The position numbers were made by a program, and so were the translations under genes. The notes beneath the pieces are model-generated. The model ran no database searches, was not told the DNA's origin, and saw nothing but the letters and a program-made list of their open reading frames with translations. This document shows positions 10,801-22,805 of a stretch of 64,000 nt of DNA, in pieces; position 1 is the stretch's first letter, and each line of letters opens with the position of its first letter. Source of the stretch: Fistulifera solaris (taxonomy: Eukaryota); NCBI GenBank assembly GCA_030295235.1, contig AP026135.1, forward strand, positions 124,001-188,000, in the 5' to 3' direction.

Positions 10801-11522
10801 ATGGACGTCGAAGAAGCAACTGTGAACTTGGTAAATCATTTTTCGTTTTGTTGACAGCGGATTGAAAAAATTTCGATGCGCTGTATTTACAATGCGCGGT
10901 TCTAATTCTTTTTTTTTTGTTATGGATTCCACTTATCATTATCTATTTAGATCAGTAAAGACGGAGATTCGTTCCCTGTCTCGATCGGTGTTGCCAAAAT
11001 GTCTGAATTGGTTCGCAGTATGATGGATGGTAAGGATAACTACAGTGAGAAGCTTTCTCTATTCTCTTTCTTTGATATCTTTTTCGACTCGCGACATTCT
11101 TACACTGTCATTTCCGTTTCGTAGAGGACGAAAATGAAGACGAAAACAGTTCCATGGAGATCCCTTTGCCGAACGTCAAGTCAGAGGTTCTGCAGAAAGT
11201 CATTGAATTTTGCCAGCATCACTTGGCCGAGCCCATGAACGAGATTGAAAAGCCTCTTAAAAGCCAAAAGATGAGCGATGTCGTGCAAAAGTGGTATGCG
11301 GACTTTGTAGAACTCGAACAAGTGTTGCTCTTTGAATTGATTCTCGCAGCCAACTATATGGATATCAAGCCGTTGCTAGATTTGACGTGTGCGACGGTAG
11401 CGAGCATGATCAAGGGCAAATCTCCGGAAGATATTCGTGCGACGTTCAATATTACCAATGACTTTTCTCCGGAAGAGGAAGCACAAGTCCGCGAAGAGAA
11501 CAAGTGGTGTGAGGATGCGTAA
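10801..11522 (+). CDS. SKP1: S-phase kinase-associated protein 1 (SCF subunit)
   Basis: Exons 10801-10830, 10951-11029 and 11125-11522 with GT-AG introns. Motifs [48 protein letters not shown] and [21 protein letters not shown]. Confidence 0.97.
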
Positions 11523-11693
11523 AATGCGAGTTTTATTAGAACTGCTTGCTTGTTTGTTGTGTTGGTTGATGGACTCTATTTTTCATCAAAGTACTATCCT
11601 TGTGCTATAGTCGCTTGTGCATTCTAGAGATAGATCAACTATATTGACATTATCAACACCGGAAATGGACACATTTGATCTAAAATTGTTTTT

Positions 11694-13524
11694 CTACAAT
11701 TTAGAGGGTCGTATGCACATGTACGTTTCTTCCGGAGGGATATCTTCTGCCACAAACACACCATCCAAAAAACGATTCGCGTCTCCCCCGTTTGACGAGC
11801 GGTACCACTAAGCCATCTTCGATGCGCTGTATTCGTCGACTGTAGATTTCGGGATAAGTGAGTAATAGTTCACGTCGTTTCTCTCCGCCTGGCTTCCATG
11901 CACCTAATTGAAAATGTACCTGGTGTCGATCCTTCCAACGCAAAAAAGAACGAGGAGCCAGCATTTGAAAATGATGATCACGCATCTCGTCGTTGGTCAG
12001 CACCAACGTTCCGGGACCGGCTACTAGTGCCGCTTGCATCCAAAACCAATCATCATTCATGTCGCGGGGTGTCTGATACAGTATGCCCCAGTCCATCCAT
12101 CGTTGCACAAGTGGTCGGACACTCTCCGGCATGAAATTACGAGAGAAATGGCGACAATGCATCACCAATAAAACTGATTTCCCTTGCTCGAGAAAATGCT
12201 GTACGGCCCAGTTGATTTGATGGTAATCGACGTGTTTCGGAGAACCGGGAAAATTGGTTTCAAAATAGCCGACGTTCGCACCATCAATGACCACATCTAT
12301 CGTTTTACCGTCCGACAATCGTCGTGACAAATAGTCCGTGAACTGTTTCCAGCATTGTTGTCGTTCTTCCGTATTCAGAACCGTCTTTTTCCGACCTTTG
12401 CGGCCACCCTGATATTCCGAGGTGTCGTTTTCCAATTTCCCCGAACTCGCAATTGTTTCGTTCATTTCTTTCATTTGTGCCCAAGCCATGCTGGACAATT
12501 CTACCGGACCAAGCTGCGCGTCTTGTAAGCACCCCGATAGCAAAATACCGGACGATGGATTGATGCGGACATTCTGTGATATATCCCAATGAGTGATACA
12601 TTGTACCGGTCCAAGTAACACGGCTGGTTCTGCGTGTGGTTGTATTTCATGCATCAAGCTATGGATGATACTGGAAGCATCATTTTCCGCGATTGCCTCT
12701 TGTTTCCGGAGAGTCGCAAACTCTGACTGAAACCAGGATAAGATCGCTTGGCAGGTCTCTTGACATGGTACCAGAACATCTTCTGCCAAATCCGAAAGTA
12801 CGCGTTCAAAAACACGTGCATTACCAGTCGTCGTAGCGCATTGCAGCAAACTCACGTACTCTTTTTCCGAAAGGACGAGTCGTTGTTGCGATAATCGATG
12901 CCATACCCGTACCGCCGCTGACAAATCTCCTTGATGACAGTATGCCAACAATGTCGCGGAATACAACCGCAACCGGGGCTTACATTGTGCTACCTGTTCG
13001 GCTTCGGCCAAAAGCTCTTCCGCACGAGTCGTATCATGGACTTTTAAATGTAATTTGATCAAGGCAGAATAGGCCGTTTCCGTGAGAGGGAATTCGAGTG
13101 ACTGCATATGCTCGTGAAGACGCTTGGCATACTTCAAACGCATTTCCGGATCGACTTCCGCATCTCGGAATGGATGGGTCGTGGTTTTGCTCTTTCTGGT
13201 CGATTGTGAATTGTTCTGTGTTGCTTTGGGAGTGCCCACGTGTAGACTTCGTTGACCGAGGCCATCACATAAATTCAAAAGATTGTAAAAGGATTGTGCT
13301 TCAATTTTCATATTGCTTTGACACGCTTCTTCATATGCCTTCATGGCCTTGATTAAGTCATTGTTCGAACAACAATCTTGCACCAGACGGCGAAAGGCGA
13401 GGACGTCAGGCTCCACTTTCCGGTTACCCACCTTTGGCTTCTTCGTATCGACGCTCGATGATGATTCCTTATTGGCTGGTCGTTTCTTTGTCGCCGTACT
13501 GCTGCAATGATTCTGATCTGTCAT
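11694..13524 (-). CDS. PRORP: Proteinaceous RNase P (PPR + NYN domains), probably nuclear
   Basis: PPR-like helices (ETAYSALIK, KPRLRLYSATLLAYC) and NYN motifs VIDGANV, NDDWFW and TNDEMRDHHF. The N-terminus is basic and NLS-like. A frameshift at about 11786 leads to a natural C-terminus ETYMCIRPSKL*. Confidence 0.92.
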
Positions 13525-13959
13525 TTTTGAAGAGTATCATACAGTTTCTCGTGCTCTTAGAATGTTTGGAGCAAAATCTTTCTTCGACATGCTTCATTTT
13601 TTCGTTGGTTCATTCAAACAAAAAAAGTATAAATTCGTGGACGGCGGCAAGGTGCTGCATTACTGTAGCGTAACGTGTAGTCTTAACAAGACTCGACTCA
13701 ACACGATTGCAGTCCCGGCAAGGGTTCAGTCCTTAGAATATGGTCGTCCACGTTTGTAATTGCAAATGAACAACGAAAGCTCTCTATAGACCAATCAATG
13801 TCACCTAATCATTTCAACTAATTAAGACTGTATCAATGTATTTTACCAGTGAAGTTGTTTTCGTACAGACCAAAGCGGATCGACTATTAATACTTTAGTT
13901 AATTTTTACCAACTCCAAAATCCTGCTTTGAAATGAACATTTTAGCAACCAACGAACAC

Positions 13960-16205
13960 CTAAGCGAAACCATTATGACGCAACAAGGCATCTGGGCTCG
14001 GTTCGCGTCCTCGAAATTGCTTGAAGACTTCCATGGGATTTTCACCGCCTCCCAAACTGAGCACAGTCTCGCGGAATTTCATCCCAACTTGTCTCACGGC
14101 CTCTTCATTGTCGAGGCCGACTTCTTCAAAGGCACTAAAAGCATCCGCGCTCATCACTTCCGCCCATTTGTAGCTGTAATAGCCAGCGGCATAGCCGCCC
14201 GCAAAAATGTGCGAAAAGCTACACAAGAATCGGTCTTCGGGTAAAGGCAACAAATACGGAGTGTACTTGGCCGCCACGCGGCGCTGTACATCGAAAATGG
14301 ATTCTCCCTGTCCCTTTTCTCCCGCTTCCGCATCAAAGCTGGAATGCAACTCCAAGTCGACTTGTCCAAATGCCAGTTGGCGACACGACATCATTCCCGC
14401 TCCGTACACACGTTGTTGCTTCAATTTTTGGAACATTTCTTCGGGCATAGGTTCACCCGTTTCCCAGTGTTTGGCGAAACCGTAAATAGTAGCACGATCG
14501 TAGCACCAGTTCTCCATGAACTGGGACGGAAGTTCGACGGCATCCCATTCCACACCATTAATTCCCGACACATCCCCGACCGTCACAGTAGTAAGCATAT
14601 GCTGAAGACCATGACCAAACTCGTGAAACAAGGTCTCGACTTCACGGAAGGTCATGAGAGACGGTTGTGATCCCACCGGCGGAGAGCCATTGCACGTTAA
14701 GTACGCCACGGGCACATGGCGGTTCACGGCCTCACTTTTTCCAATGCAAACATCCATCCAGGCTCCACCTTGTTTATCTTCTGGACGGGAATACGGATCC
14801 AAAAAGAAACTGGCAATATGCTGGTTCGTTGCTTTGTCGTACACTTTGAAAAAGCTCACATCCGGATGCCACACTTGGGCTTCGCCATTGGCAGCTTTGA
14901 CTTCAATGTTGAAAATACGCGATACCAAGGCAAACATTCCATCCAAAACCTCCGGCAACGCAAAGTATGGTCGCGTTTCTTCTTCCGTCAATTCGAATTT
15001 GGATTCTTTCAATCGTTCACTCCAGTACGTGACATCCCACGGTTGTAATTTTTCTAATTGTTCCACACGGTACTCTTCTCCTCCTTGGGCACGGGCGAGA
15101 GCGGTAATTTCTTCCAGTTCCCGTTCGGCCGCCGGCAACGCCCGCTCGGCCACCAAATCGGTCAATTCGGTCACGGCCTCAACACTGGGCGCCATTTTGG
15201 AAGCGAGACTCAATTCCGCATAATTGGCAAATCCCAACAGTTTGGCCATTTCGGCCTTGAGTTTCAATGTTTCGTAAATGATGGGAATGTTGTTTTTGCT
15301 GCATCACTACTGCATTCCGACGCCCGCGTCAAGTACGCACGATAAATGGTTTCCCGAATGACCCGATCTTTCATATGCGACATGACGGCCACGTAGGATG
15401 GCATATCGAGAGTAATTCTCCATGGTCCTTGGGCCGGATCGACTTTGGTGTTGGTAAATGCCGCATGCGCACCCGCCCACAATGCCTTGGCACTTTCGGG
15501 AACACCTTCCACTTTCGCAACATCCTCTACAGTCAGTGCGTATTGTTTGGTTTCATCCAAGACATTGTTACTGAACGTAGTCGACAATTGTGCCAATTTC
15601 ATTTGAATTTCATTGAATCGTTCCTTGTCAGCACCCTGCAATCCGACTCCCCCCAATTGCATAGCCCGGAGTGAATTATCAATGGCCCGTTGTTGCGGTC
15701 GTGTTGTGCTGGTAAGGCTTTGTAGTGCATCATAGACCGACTTACTTTGCGAAAAACGACTCATGGACTGCACAATTTTGGGTTGATTCTGTTCGTAAGC
15801 TTGTCGTAAGGTTTCACCATTTTTGACACTATTCAAATGTCCGGCAACACCCCACACGAAACCGAGTGGAAATTGGATGCGTTCGATTTCTGGTAAGACT
15901 TGATTGTATGTTATTGCCGTGTCGGACGATAGGCGTTCTTCGAGTGCCGTAAATTGTTCCTCCATTGCGACCAACAGTGTTTCGACGGCGGGTGTTAAGA
16001 ATTCAGGTTCTAGTTGTTCAAATTGCGGAAGATCTTCTTGTAACAAAAAAGGATTTGTCGTCGTCGTAGTAGTAGTAGGTTCTGTCGAAGCCGTCGAAGC
16101 CGAAAAGTGCTTCATTGGGGTCGACCGAGACGCCCCGACCACCAAAGAGGAAAAGGCGTTTGTCGAGGAGAGCCAAAGAAGTGATGTAACAACGGTCCAT
16201 TTCAT
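13960..16205 (-). CDS. prlC: Oligopeptidase A (M3A), plastid-targeted; one frameshift at about 15290
   Basis: Motifs HEFGHGLQH, DAVELPSQFMENW, SHIFAGGYAAGYYSYKWAEV and FRGREP. The N-terminus is a signal peptide plus TNA-F. Confidence 0.95.
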
Positions 16206-16711
16206 AATTCAATAAAATATGTTCTATTTTATTTTATAATTGTGTAGAAATGACGAGTCAGTTCAAGAAAGAGTGAGAAAGAAGAGAGAGAACGCCTTGA
16301 AGGTCGTCACTTTTTGCGTATTATAATGTCTCTTTCGTTCATCGAACACTCGATGGATGACGCAACGAGAAAGACGTGGAAAATTGAAGAAAGGCGCAAA
16401 TAATACCTGGTAATGCAAAAGTGCTTGACACATTCACTCCCGAATAGATCAGTCACGGACACACCGAACACGTCACTCGGTGGTTGCAGTGTCGGACCGT
16501 GATCAGCTGTTTTGCTGACTCTGTGCGATAGATAGATGTCGTTGTATTTGACTGACGACGATGACAGCGATACTACGTACAGTACAAGTAACAAACCAAA
16601 CAATCATAAACGCATCGGATCCGAAGTGTCAGTTTTCACTTCGTCTGCCGTGTTGTTGTTGACTATCTGGATAGTACATTCCACTCATCTCTGTTTGTAT
16701 TACAAAGTAAC

Positions 16712-17433
16712 ATGGTGAAACGTAATATTCTTCTATTAGCGGCCTTGACGGCATCCACATCGGCGTTTACGCCTCTTCAAACGGTGCGTCCTTACGAGTT
16801 TTGCTGTCAAATAATCCGATTCTCCTCTCGAGGCATCGTCACTGTCACCTTCGATCTCGTTCTGTATCGATTGATCGATCGATCGATCGATCGATTGATT
16901 TAAGCATACGACATTCACCTTCCTCATATCATCGTTTCGTTTTGTTTCTATTCTAATCTTTTTCTTTTCTTCACACAGGATACGGCACGCCGCAACTTTT
17001 TGCAAACCACGGCGACCGCCGGTGCCGCACTGGTCCTACTCCCCTCCGCACCCGCCATTGCGGAATTGGAAGTCCCTCCCAAAGTACCGAATACACCTTC
17101 CCCACCGATTGGGGATTGACCTTCAAGTACGAAGAAGACGCCGCCAAAGTCCGTAAACACATGCTCATTGCCACCGCCTTGGCGAAAGGAGCCCCCGATA
17201 TGGAAGATTTTGGCAAGAATTTGAAAAAGGAAATGGTCGATTTTGTTTCCTATTATCGTCGTTTCCCCAAAGTCGCCGGGAAACCATCCTTCAGTACCCT
17301 CTATACGTCTATTAATGTGGTAGCGGGACATTACACGTCGTACGGATACAAGTATCCGTTGCCGGAAAAGAGACGCAAGCGATTGTATCAAGAATATGCC
17401 GAAATTGAAAAGTCACTCAAACGTGGTCGTTAA
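16712..17433 (+). CDS. psb27: Photosystem II assembly factor Psb27
   Basis: Signal peptide plus TSA-F, then intron 16784-16978, then a twin-Arg lumen signal (RRNFL..APAIA). After a frameshift at about 17090 comes YRR..SFSTLYTSINVVAGHYTSYG..PLPEKRRKRL..KRGR, which matches Psb27. Confidence 0.9.
16866..16899. repeat. Self-complementary (GATC)n tract in the psb27 intron
   Basis: atcgattgatcgatcgatcgatcgatcgattgat, with (GATC)5 at 16873-16892. Confidence 0.85.
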
Positions 17434-17787
17434 AGAAACAAAAAGGGAACGTGGTGGTGCGGCTAGCGAGAAGTAGTAACTATACTCCCACAGAACTGAA
17501 CGAGCCAAACACAAGCACTAAAATCGCTAGTTTTTCGTATCATCTGAAAATAGGATTTTCGGTCGTTGTCCATATTCTTATCAAATTATGTAGACTAGTT
17601 GTATGTTGAATGGAGCGAAAATACGAAATACATTGATTTCCTTCATCACCACCCTAGAGAAACAGAAGACGAACGACCACGATTCGTGGCACAACGGAAA
17701 AAACCCTATTCGTTGTCTAGAGCCTAGTACTGTGCGCGTATTGATGAATCAACTTGTTTCACTATCTCTTCCATAAATTAATTACTA

Positions 17788-18964
17788 CTATTTGGCTTCT
17801 TGACTTTGCGCCGCTCGTTGATTCGCCGACCGGATCTTGGCATACGAATAGAGAAAGCCTCCGCAGAGACTGACAGAAATAAAGAACCATGTCTTGGAAT
17901 CAATGACACTGTCAAAGATGAGATAACCCAAAATTGCCACGGGAATTTTGTTCAAAGAACCGACAATGGCGTACGTGGAAGGACCCGTCACCGACACACA
18001 ATGGAGTGACGCAAAGTTGAGAAAGAATCCGATGAAACCAGCAAAGGCATTCTTGCCGGCATAATCCCAGGTGTGGACTTGTTCCGCATTCAGGAACGTG
18101 GCCAATTCACCATTGAGAAAGGCCACCGGCAACAACAATGCCACACAGAGTACATTATTGACAAAAACCATACCGAATTTGGACAATTTGATGTTTTGTG
18201 TCGCAAATTTCATGTACAAGACGTAACTGCTCGTTGCCAAACAGTTGGCCACCATCCAAAAACAAGCCCGTGGCCGTAACATGAATATCATTCTGTGCCG
18301 CCGCGACGGCTCCCAAGAACATGACAGCAAAGGCGGCCATCGCCAGACCCTCCGGTTGACTGCCAAAAAGATGTAATCACCGGCTGTCGTAATAATGTTG
18401 GTGACATTTTTGAACACCGTGACCATGGGCACCGAGTTTGTTTCCAACGAGACCATTCCGGTAAAGAGCATGAGACAAAAGAATACATTGACGGGTGCCC
18501 AAGCACGGGCAGTTTCCCAATTCAATGGTGGGTACTGTACCCAGTGCATCATCCGGCATACTTCGACACTGACGGCTGCAATGATGGCTTGAAAGACGAC
18601 GAGGAGTACATTGAGGTTCCCATCAATCAAGTGATTGTAACTGAAGAACAAGAAGAAGAAGAAAGTACAAGAATTGAGATATCATTTGAAAATAATGAGA
18701 CAAAGAAGAAGACATTCGACAGCAGCAGTCTTACCTACTCGCCAGACTTTTATTCACCAGAATCATACTGACACTACAGAAACTGTAAAGGTACACGACG
18801 CAATGGCTTTGATGGACCCCGACGACACCAAGGATGTTTGCTTCACGTCCTTGGTGGTCAGGGGGAGCCGGAGGTTCCTTATTGGGAGAAGTGTGGGGAT
18901 GACGGTGCAAAAGATGGTGTTGCAATTCGACATCTTCGTGATCTTCTTCCTCACGCGGTGACAT
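17788..18964 (-). CDS. GDP-mannose/nucleotide-sugar transporter (GONST/VRG4 family)
   Basis: Exon 1 ends with CSVSMILVNKSLAS, followed by intron 18734-18641. Motifs VPMVTVFKNVTN and TGPSTYAIVGSLNKIP (GxLNK). Compensating frameshifts at about 18365 and 18270. Confidence 0.9.
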
Positions 18965-19594
18965 TTTAGGACGAAAGGAGGAATACAACCTTATTATCGT
19001 GTTGCTTTATAGCTAGCAAGCAAGCAAGCAATCAAATGAGTTCTTCGAGAGCGTTTTTTTTACCTTCCGGATCTTCGTAGGATGCTCGAAAATCTGTGAA
19101 AGGAAGTTTGGGGTCGTTTCGCTTGAATATCAATTCTTGTTGAATGCTTGGATGATTATTTCTTCGTCCACGGATCGAAACGTAGTGTTGGTTTATTATT
19201 TGTTTGGAGCCAAACTTGTGAATGGCCAAAAACAGGAATTTTCAGTTGGTGGGAGTCGTCGGCCGTCCTTTATGCGGGAAGAGGCGAGGAGTGCGCGGTG
19301 TCGGGTCTTGTAAAACAAACGCTTGGCCGATTTCGAGGAACACGCCAATACCGGGTGACGTTTGTGCGTGACTCGTATTTGGGAGTCATGAGTGGTGACG
19401 CTTCATCGATGCCCATGTTACACATTGAGGCAGTGTATAATGAGACTCCCGCCTACAACTCATTGCACAGTCGAAGACGCTCGTTTTATGTCAGCAATTG
19501 GCACCTCCCGATGAGCCGAGAACCGAGCGTTGCTGCGGCTGCTGCTGTGCCCTCTCATCATGGGATTCAAAACACAAATAATACAGCATCCATC

Positions 19595-20321
19595 ATGAGT
19601 CTGCACATTGCCATTCGACATTCATCCAAACTATTGTTCTATCCCAAGACTAGCTCCGTAGCTACTCTGGCGGGCCGATCCTTCAGTTCCAAACCCAGTA
19701 CGAATGATTTGGAAAAGCCCGTGTTGAAAGACAATATCCTTCCGGTAAGATAAATTGTTGCTTCTTCTATTCTTTTCCTTTATTCGCCAGAACTAACACT
19801 GATATAACTTTATAAACACATAGACTCCGTGGAGTGAAGTCTTGGACAATTCATCGAAAGTCTTCTTTTGACGGAAATCATGCGGGCTTTTTTTACTCGC
19901 GGGAGAAGCCTTCTTCAAACCCAAGGCTACCATCAATTACCCCTTCGAGCATGGTGCACTGAGTCCACGCTTTCGTGGAGAACACGCCTTGCGTCGGTAC
20001 CCCTCGGGAGAAGAACGGTGCATTGCTTGCAAACTATGTGAAGCCGCTTGCCCCGCGCAGGCCATTTCCATTGAAGTGGCGGAACGTGAAGATGGGGCAC
20101 GTCGGACCACGCGTTACGATATTGATATGACGAAATGTATTTATTGTGGATTTTGCCAAGAAGCCTGTCCGGTGGATGCGATTGTTGAAGGACCGAATTT
20201 TGAATTTGCGACAGAGACACACGAGGAACTCTTGTACGATAAGGAAAAGCTGCTTTCGAATGGTGATAAGTGGGAACGACAGATTGCCAAGAATTTGATG
20301 AGTGAGCATTTGTATCGTTAG
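19595..20321 (+). CDS. NDUFS8: Complex I iron-sulfur subunit TYKY/NuoI, mitochondrial
   Basis: Transit peptide exon 19595-19744, intron 19745-19823, frameshift at about 19890. Motifs [36 protein letters not shown] and [17 protein letters not shown]. Confidence 0.97.
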
Positions 20322-20845
20322 ATATAAAGTAGTTTGGTGGACTTGCTTTGTAAAAATCATAGAACGAGATCTTGTCGTTTCCACGCATTTTCATTCAAAC
20401 TCGTTCATTTTGCTGAGGCGAAACATCGTTAGTGAACACCTTGAACATCCTACTGCATAAAGCTTTGAAGCTCAACACATTCGTAGAATGAGGTTAGGAC
20501 GAGAAAGAGACGGGAACATTTGCAAAATTTGAGTGTTACGTTGGAGTATACCTGGTATCCTTTGTTTTATAGGAATATTGTTTAACGTAAGAGAATTCAC
20601 CTGTCTTCAAGACTACCCGTAATTGATTTAACCTAATTTCGAAAGGAACATAATCACAGAAAAATTATTCAAGAAGCTTCGAGCATGAGCGTCTCGATTT
20701 TTTTTACAGCGTATGAGAAAGCATGATGCTCCGTAAATGGCAATGGTTTTCGCGAAACAAAGCAGAATTGCTGTGAGAGGCAAGTGCTTTGTTGCAGATA
20801 CATTTTAGAGGCTTATTCGTTGTAAAGAGCGCGGAACTTGATCAA

Positions 20846-21133
20846 TTACGAGGAATCTGTCGAAAAGGATGAGGCGATCCCTCGACTGAAGCACGAAAAG
20901 GCACTGTTTCCTGCCGACCAACGAAAAGTACACAAGGTGACCTCGACACTATCTTTGGAGAAACCCAATGCGTCCATATTCCTGTCCTCGATGGTTACCT
21001 TCTCTTCCAAAGACATAGACATCAAACTCAGAATTTCATTCGTAGGCGACATTCTTTCGGGAGTTGGCTTAAATACATGACCTTCCATTGAAGGATTGTA
21101 TCGCACGGCACTCGTGGAGTATTCAACACTCAT
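20846..21133 (-). CDS. Hypothetical small protein
   Basis: 95-aa ATG ORF with an A-rich start context in otherwise empty space. No recognisable motif. Confidence 0.35.
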   Translation of the reverse strand: MSVEYSTSAVRYNPSMEGHVFKPTPERMSPTNEILSLMSMSLEEKVTIEDRNMDALGFSKDSVEVTLCTFRWSAGNSAFSCFSRGIASSFSTDSS

Positions 21134-21984
21134 CTTTGTTTTAATAAAAATTGTGAAGGTTGTTAATGAGAATTGAGTTAAAAACGCGCTTGACCGAAAG
21201 TTGTGAGGGCTGGTTGGAAATAATGTGCGGGATGGGATAAGGGCACTTTTTGAAGCATCGGCGAATTTTATATTGGAAATTGGAACGAACCCCTAACCGT
21301 CCCTTTGTCCTAAATTTCAAATTGACTATAGTATCATGTGTACTCGGTTTCGTGTTGTGCGACGCTTTCCACGATTATGATACAAGTCAATTTCGCCAAA
21401 ACGAGAAACGCTTGATCTATGCAAAGCAATCGTACCGGTATTGGATCTATGAGCGGTTATCTCTTACCTCGCATGGATTACAAATCCGATGCACTGAAAA
21501 CGCTGCCACCCAAAAGCCACTTAGAAGGAATGAATTCGAAGCGGAAGTAAAAACCGTAGCAAAATTCATCGTCGAGTCAAAGCATAGGGAGTCCTGGTCA
21601 ACCGAAATGCACACCTCTAGTGTACAAAGTAGGGGACCGTCGCTGGCTCCTCTCTTATTTGGAACTATGAACGCAACTCTAGTAACTAGAATAATTAAGA
21701 ACAAAAACTTTTTGTCAAGGTGAGAATAATTCTGGTTTACCTTGATGACTACGAATGCAAAACCAGTGGGCTAATAATTAGTTAGAAGTAGATCGCTTAT
21801 TTTTGTAGTTTAAACAAATTCTTGACTAAGCGATCATCTTTGGCTCAAAAATAGCATATTAACATATAGAAACTCAACAAGTCGCATTTCTGGACTGAGA
21901 CGGTCAGGAGGTTTGGTCAGACACTCCATGGAATGCGTTAAGAAGAAGTTACATCCATTACAGCACCGCTGAAAAGGAAAGCAT

Positions 21985-22509
21985 TTAATCCATCTTGTCC
22001 AAAGGTCTGTTGAAACCATGCTTTCGATTCATGTACTGTCTGTACTTTCGTGCTTTATTCTTGGAGGCAGCTCCTTTGGCAGAAGTCGTGTGATTGTCCT
22101 CAACTTTTTGACCTTTCGTGGACCCGAACCCACTTGTAAAACCCAATAAAGCACGCATCTGCTCCTCCTCGTCCATTTCTTCAAGCTCCTCCGGATTTAC
22201 TTCAATGATTTGTTCTTGAGGTCCTTTCTTTTTCTTTGCTGCTTCGTTCGACAGATCTTGATCCAAGGCTGCTGCGATTTGGCGTTCTTCTTGTTCGTTT
22301 TCTGCACGCAAGCGGGCCATCCGAGCTCTTCGTTCCTCTTCCAGTTTATTGTCGAGCATTTCCCCTTTCTCTTCGGAAGGACTTCTGGAACGTTCTCTAC
22401 CACGCCTGGCATTTTCATTATGTTTCCCATCGTACCTGTCTGCTCTTCGTCTCTTGGCATCGTTATACCGGTCATCTCGACGGTGATCGTAGGGAGGCCG
22501 GCGGTCCAT
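21985..22509 (-). CDS. SNRNP27: U4/U6.U5 tri-snRNP 27 kDa protein
   Basis: RS/RD-rich N-terminus. C-terminal LLGFTSGFGSTKGQKV..KARKYRQYMNRKHGFNRPLDKM. Confidence 0.95.
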   Translation of the reverse strand: MDRRPPYDHRRDDRYNDAKRRRADRYDGKHNENARRGRERSRSPSEEKGEMLDNKLEEERRARMARLRAENEQEERQIAAALDQDLSNEAAKKKKGPQEQIIEVNPEELEEMDEEEQMRALLGFTSGFGSTKGQKVEDNHTTSAKGAASKNKARKYRQYMNRKHGFNRPLDKMD

Positions 22510-22805
22510 GAATAACTAGTCTATTAAATGTTGCGTTTACCTTGTTTAAGCTTTGATAGTATTTGCAACGTCGACGAACGGCGACGTCGTGTGCTGTTTT
22601 ATTGTTATTGTGAATTGTGAGTGCAGAGAAATCGAAAAAACGCCAAAACGATTCCGTATTCCCTTTCACACCACACTTAAATCTAAGGTTACCAGTTACG
22701 AGTATATCTTTGGCTGTAGCGGGTAGTGCGATCGCGAACACTGTGACTGTCCATACTATCTATAGATCTCGAAAACACAATTGAAGATTTTTCTAGTCAA
22801 ATGAA

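Noticed and set aside
10095..10865. 256-aa + strand ORF
   Set aside because: It starts at a non-ATG codon, spans the divergent promoter, runs into SKP1 exon/intron 1 and has no recognisable motifs.
19148..19594. Long N-terminal extension of NDUFS8
   Set aside because: It begins at TTG in promoter DNA. The ATG at 19595 gives a normal mitochondrial presequence.
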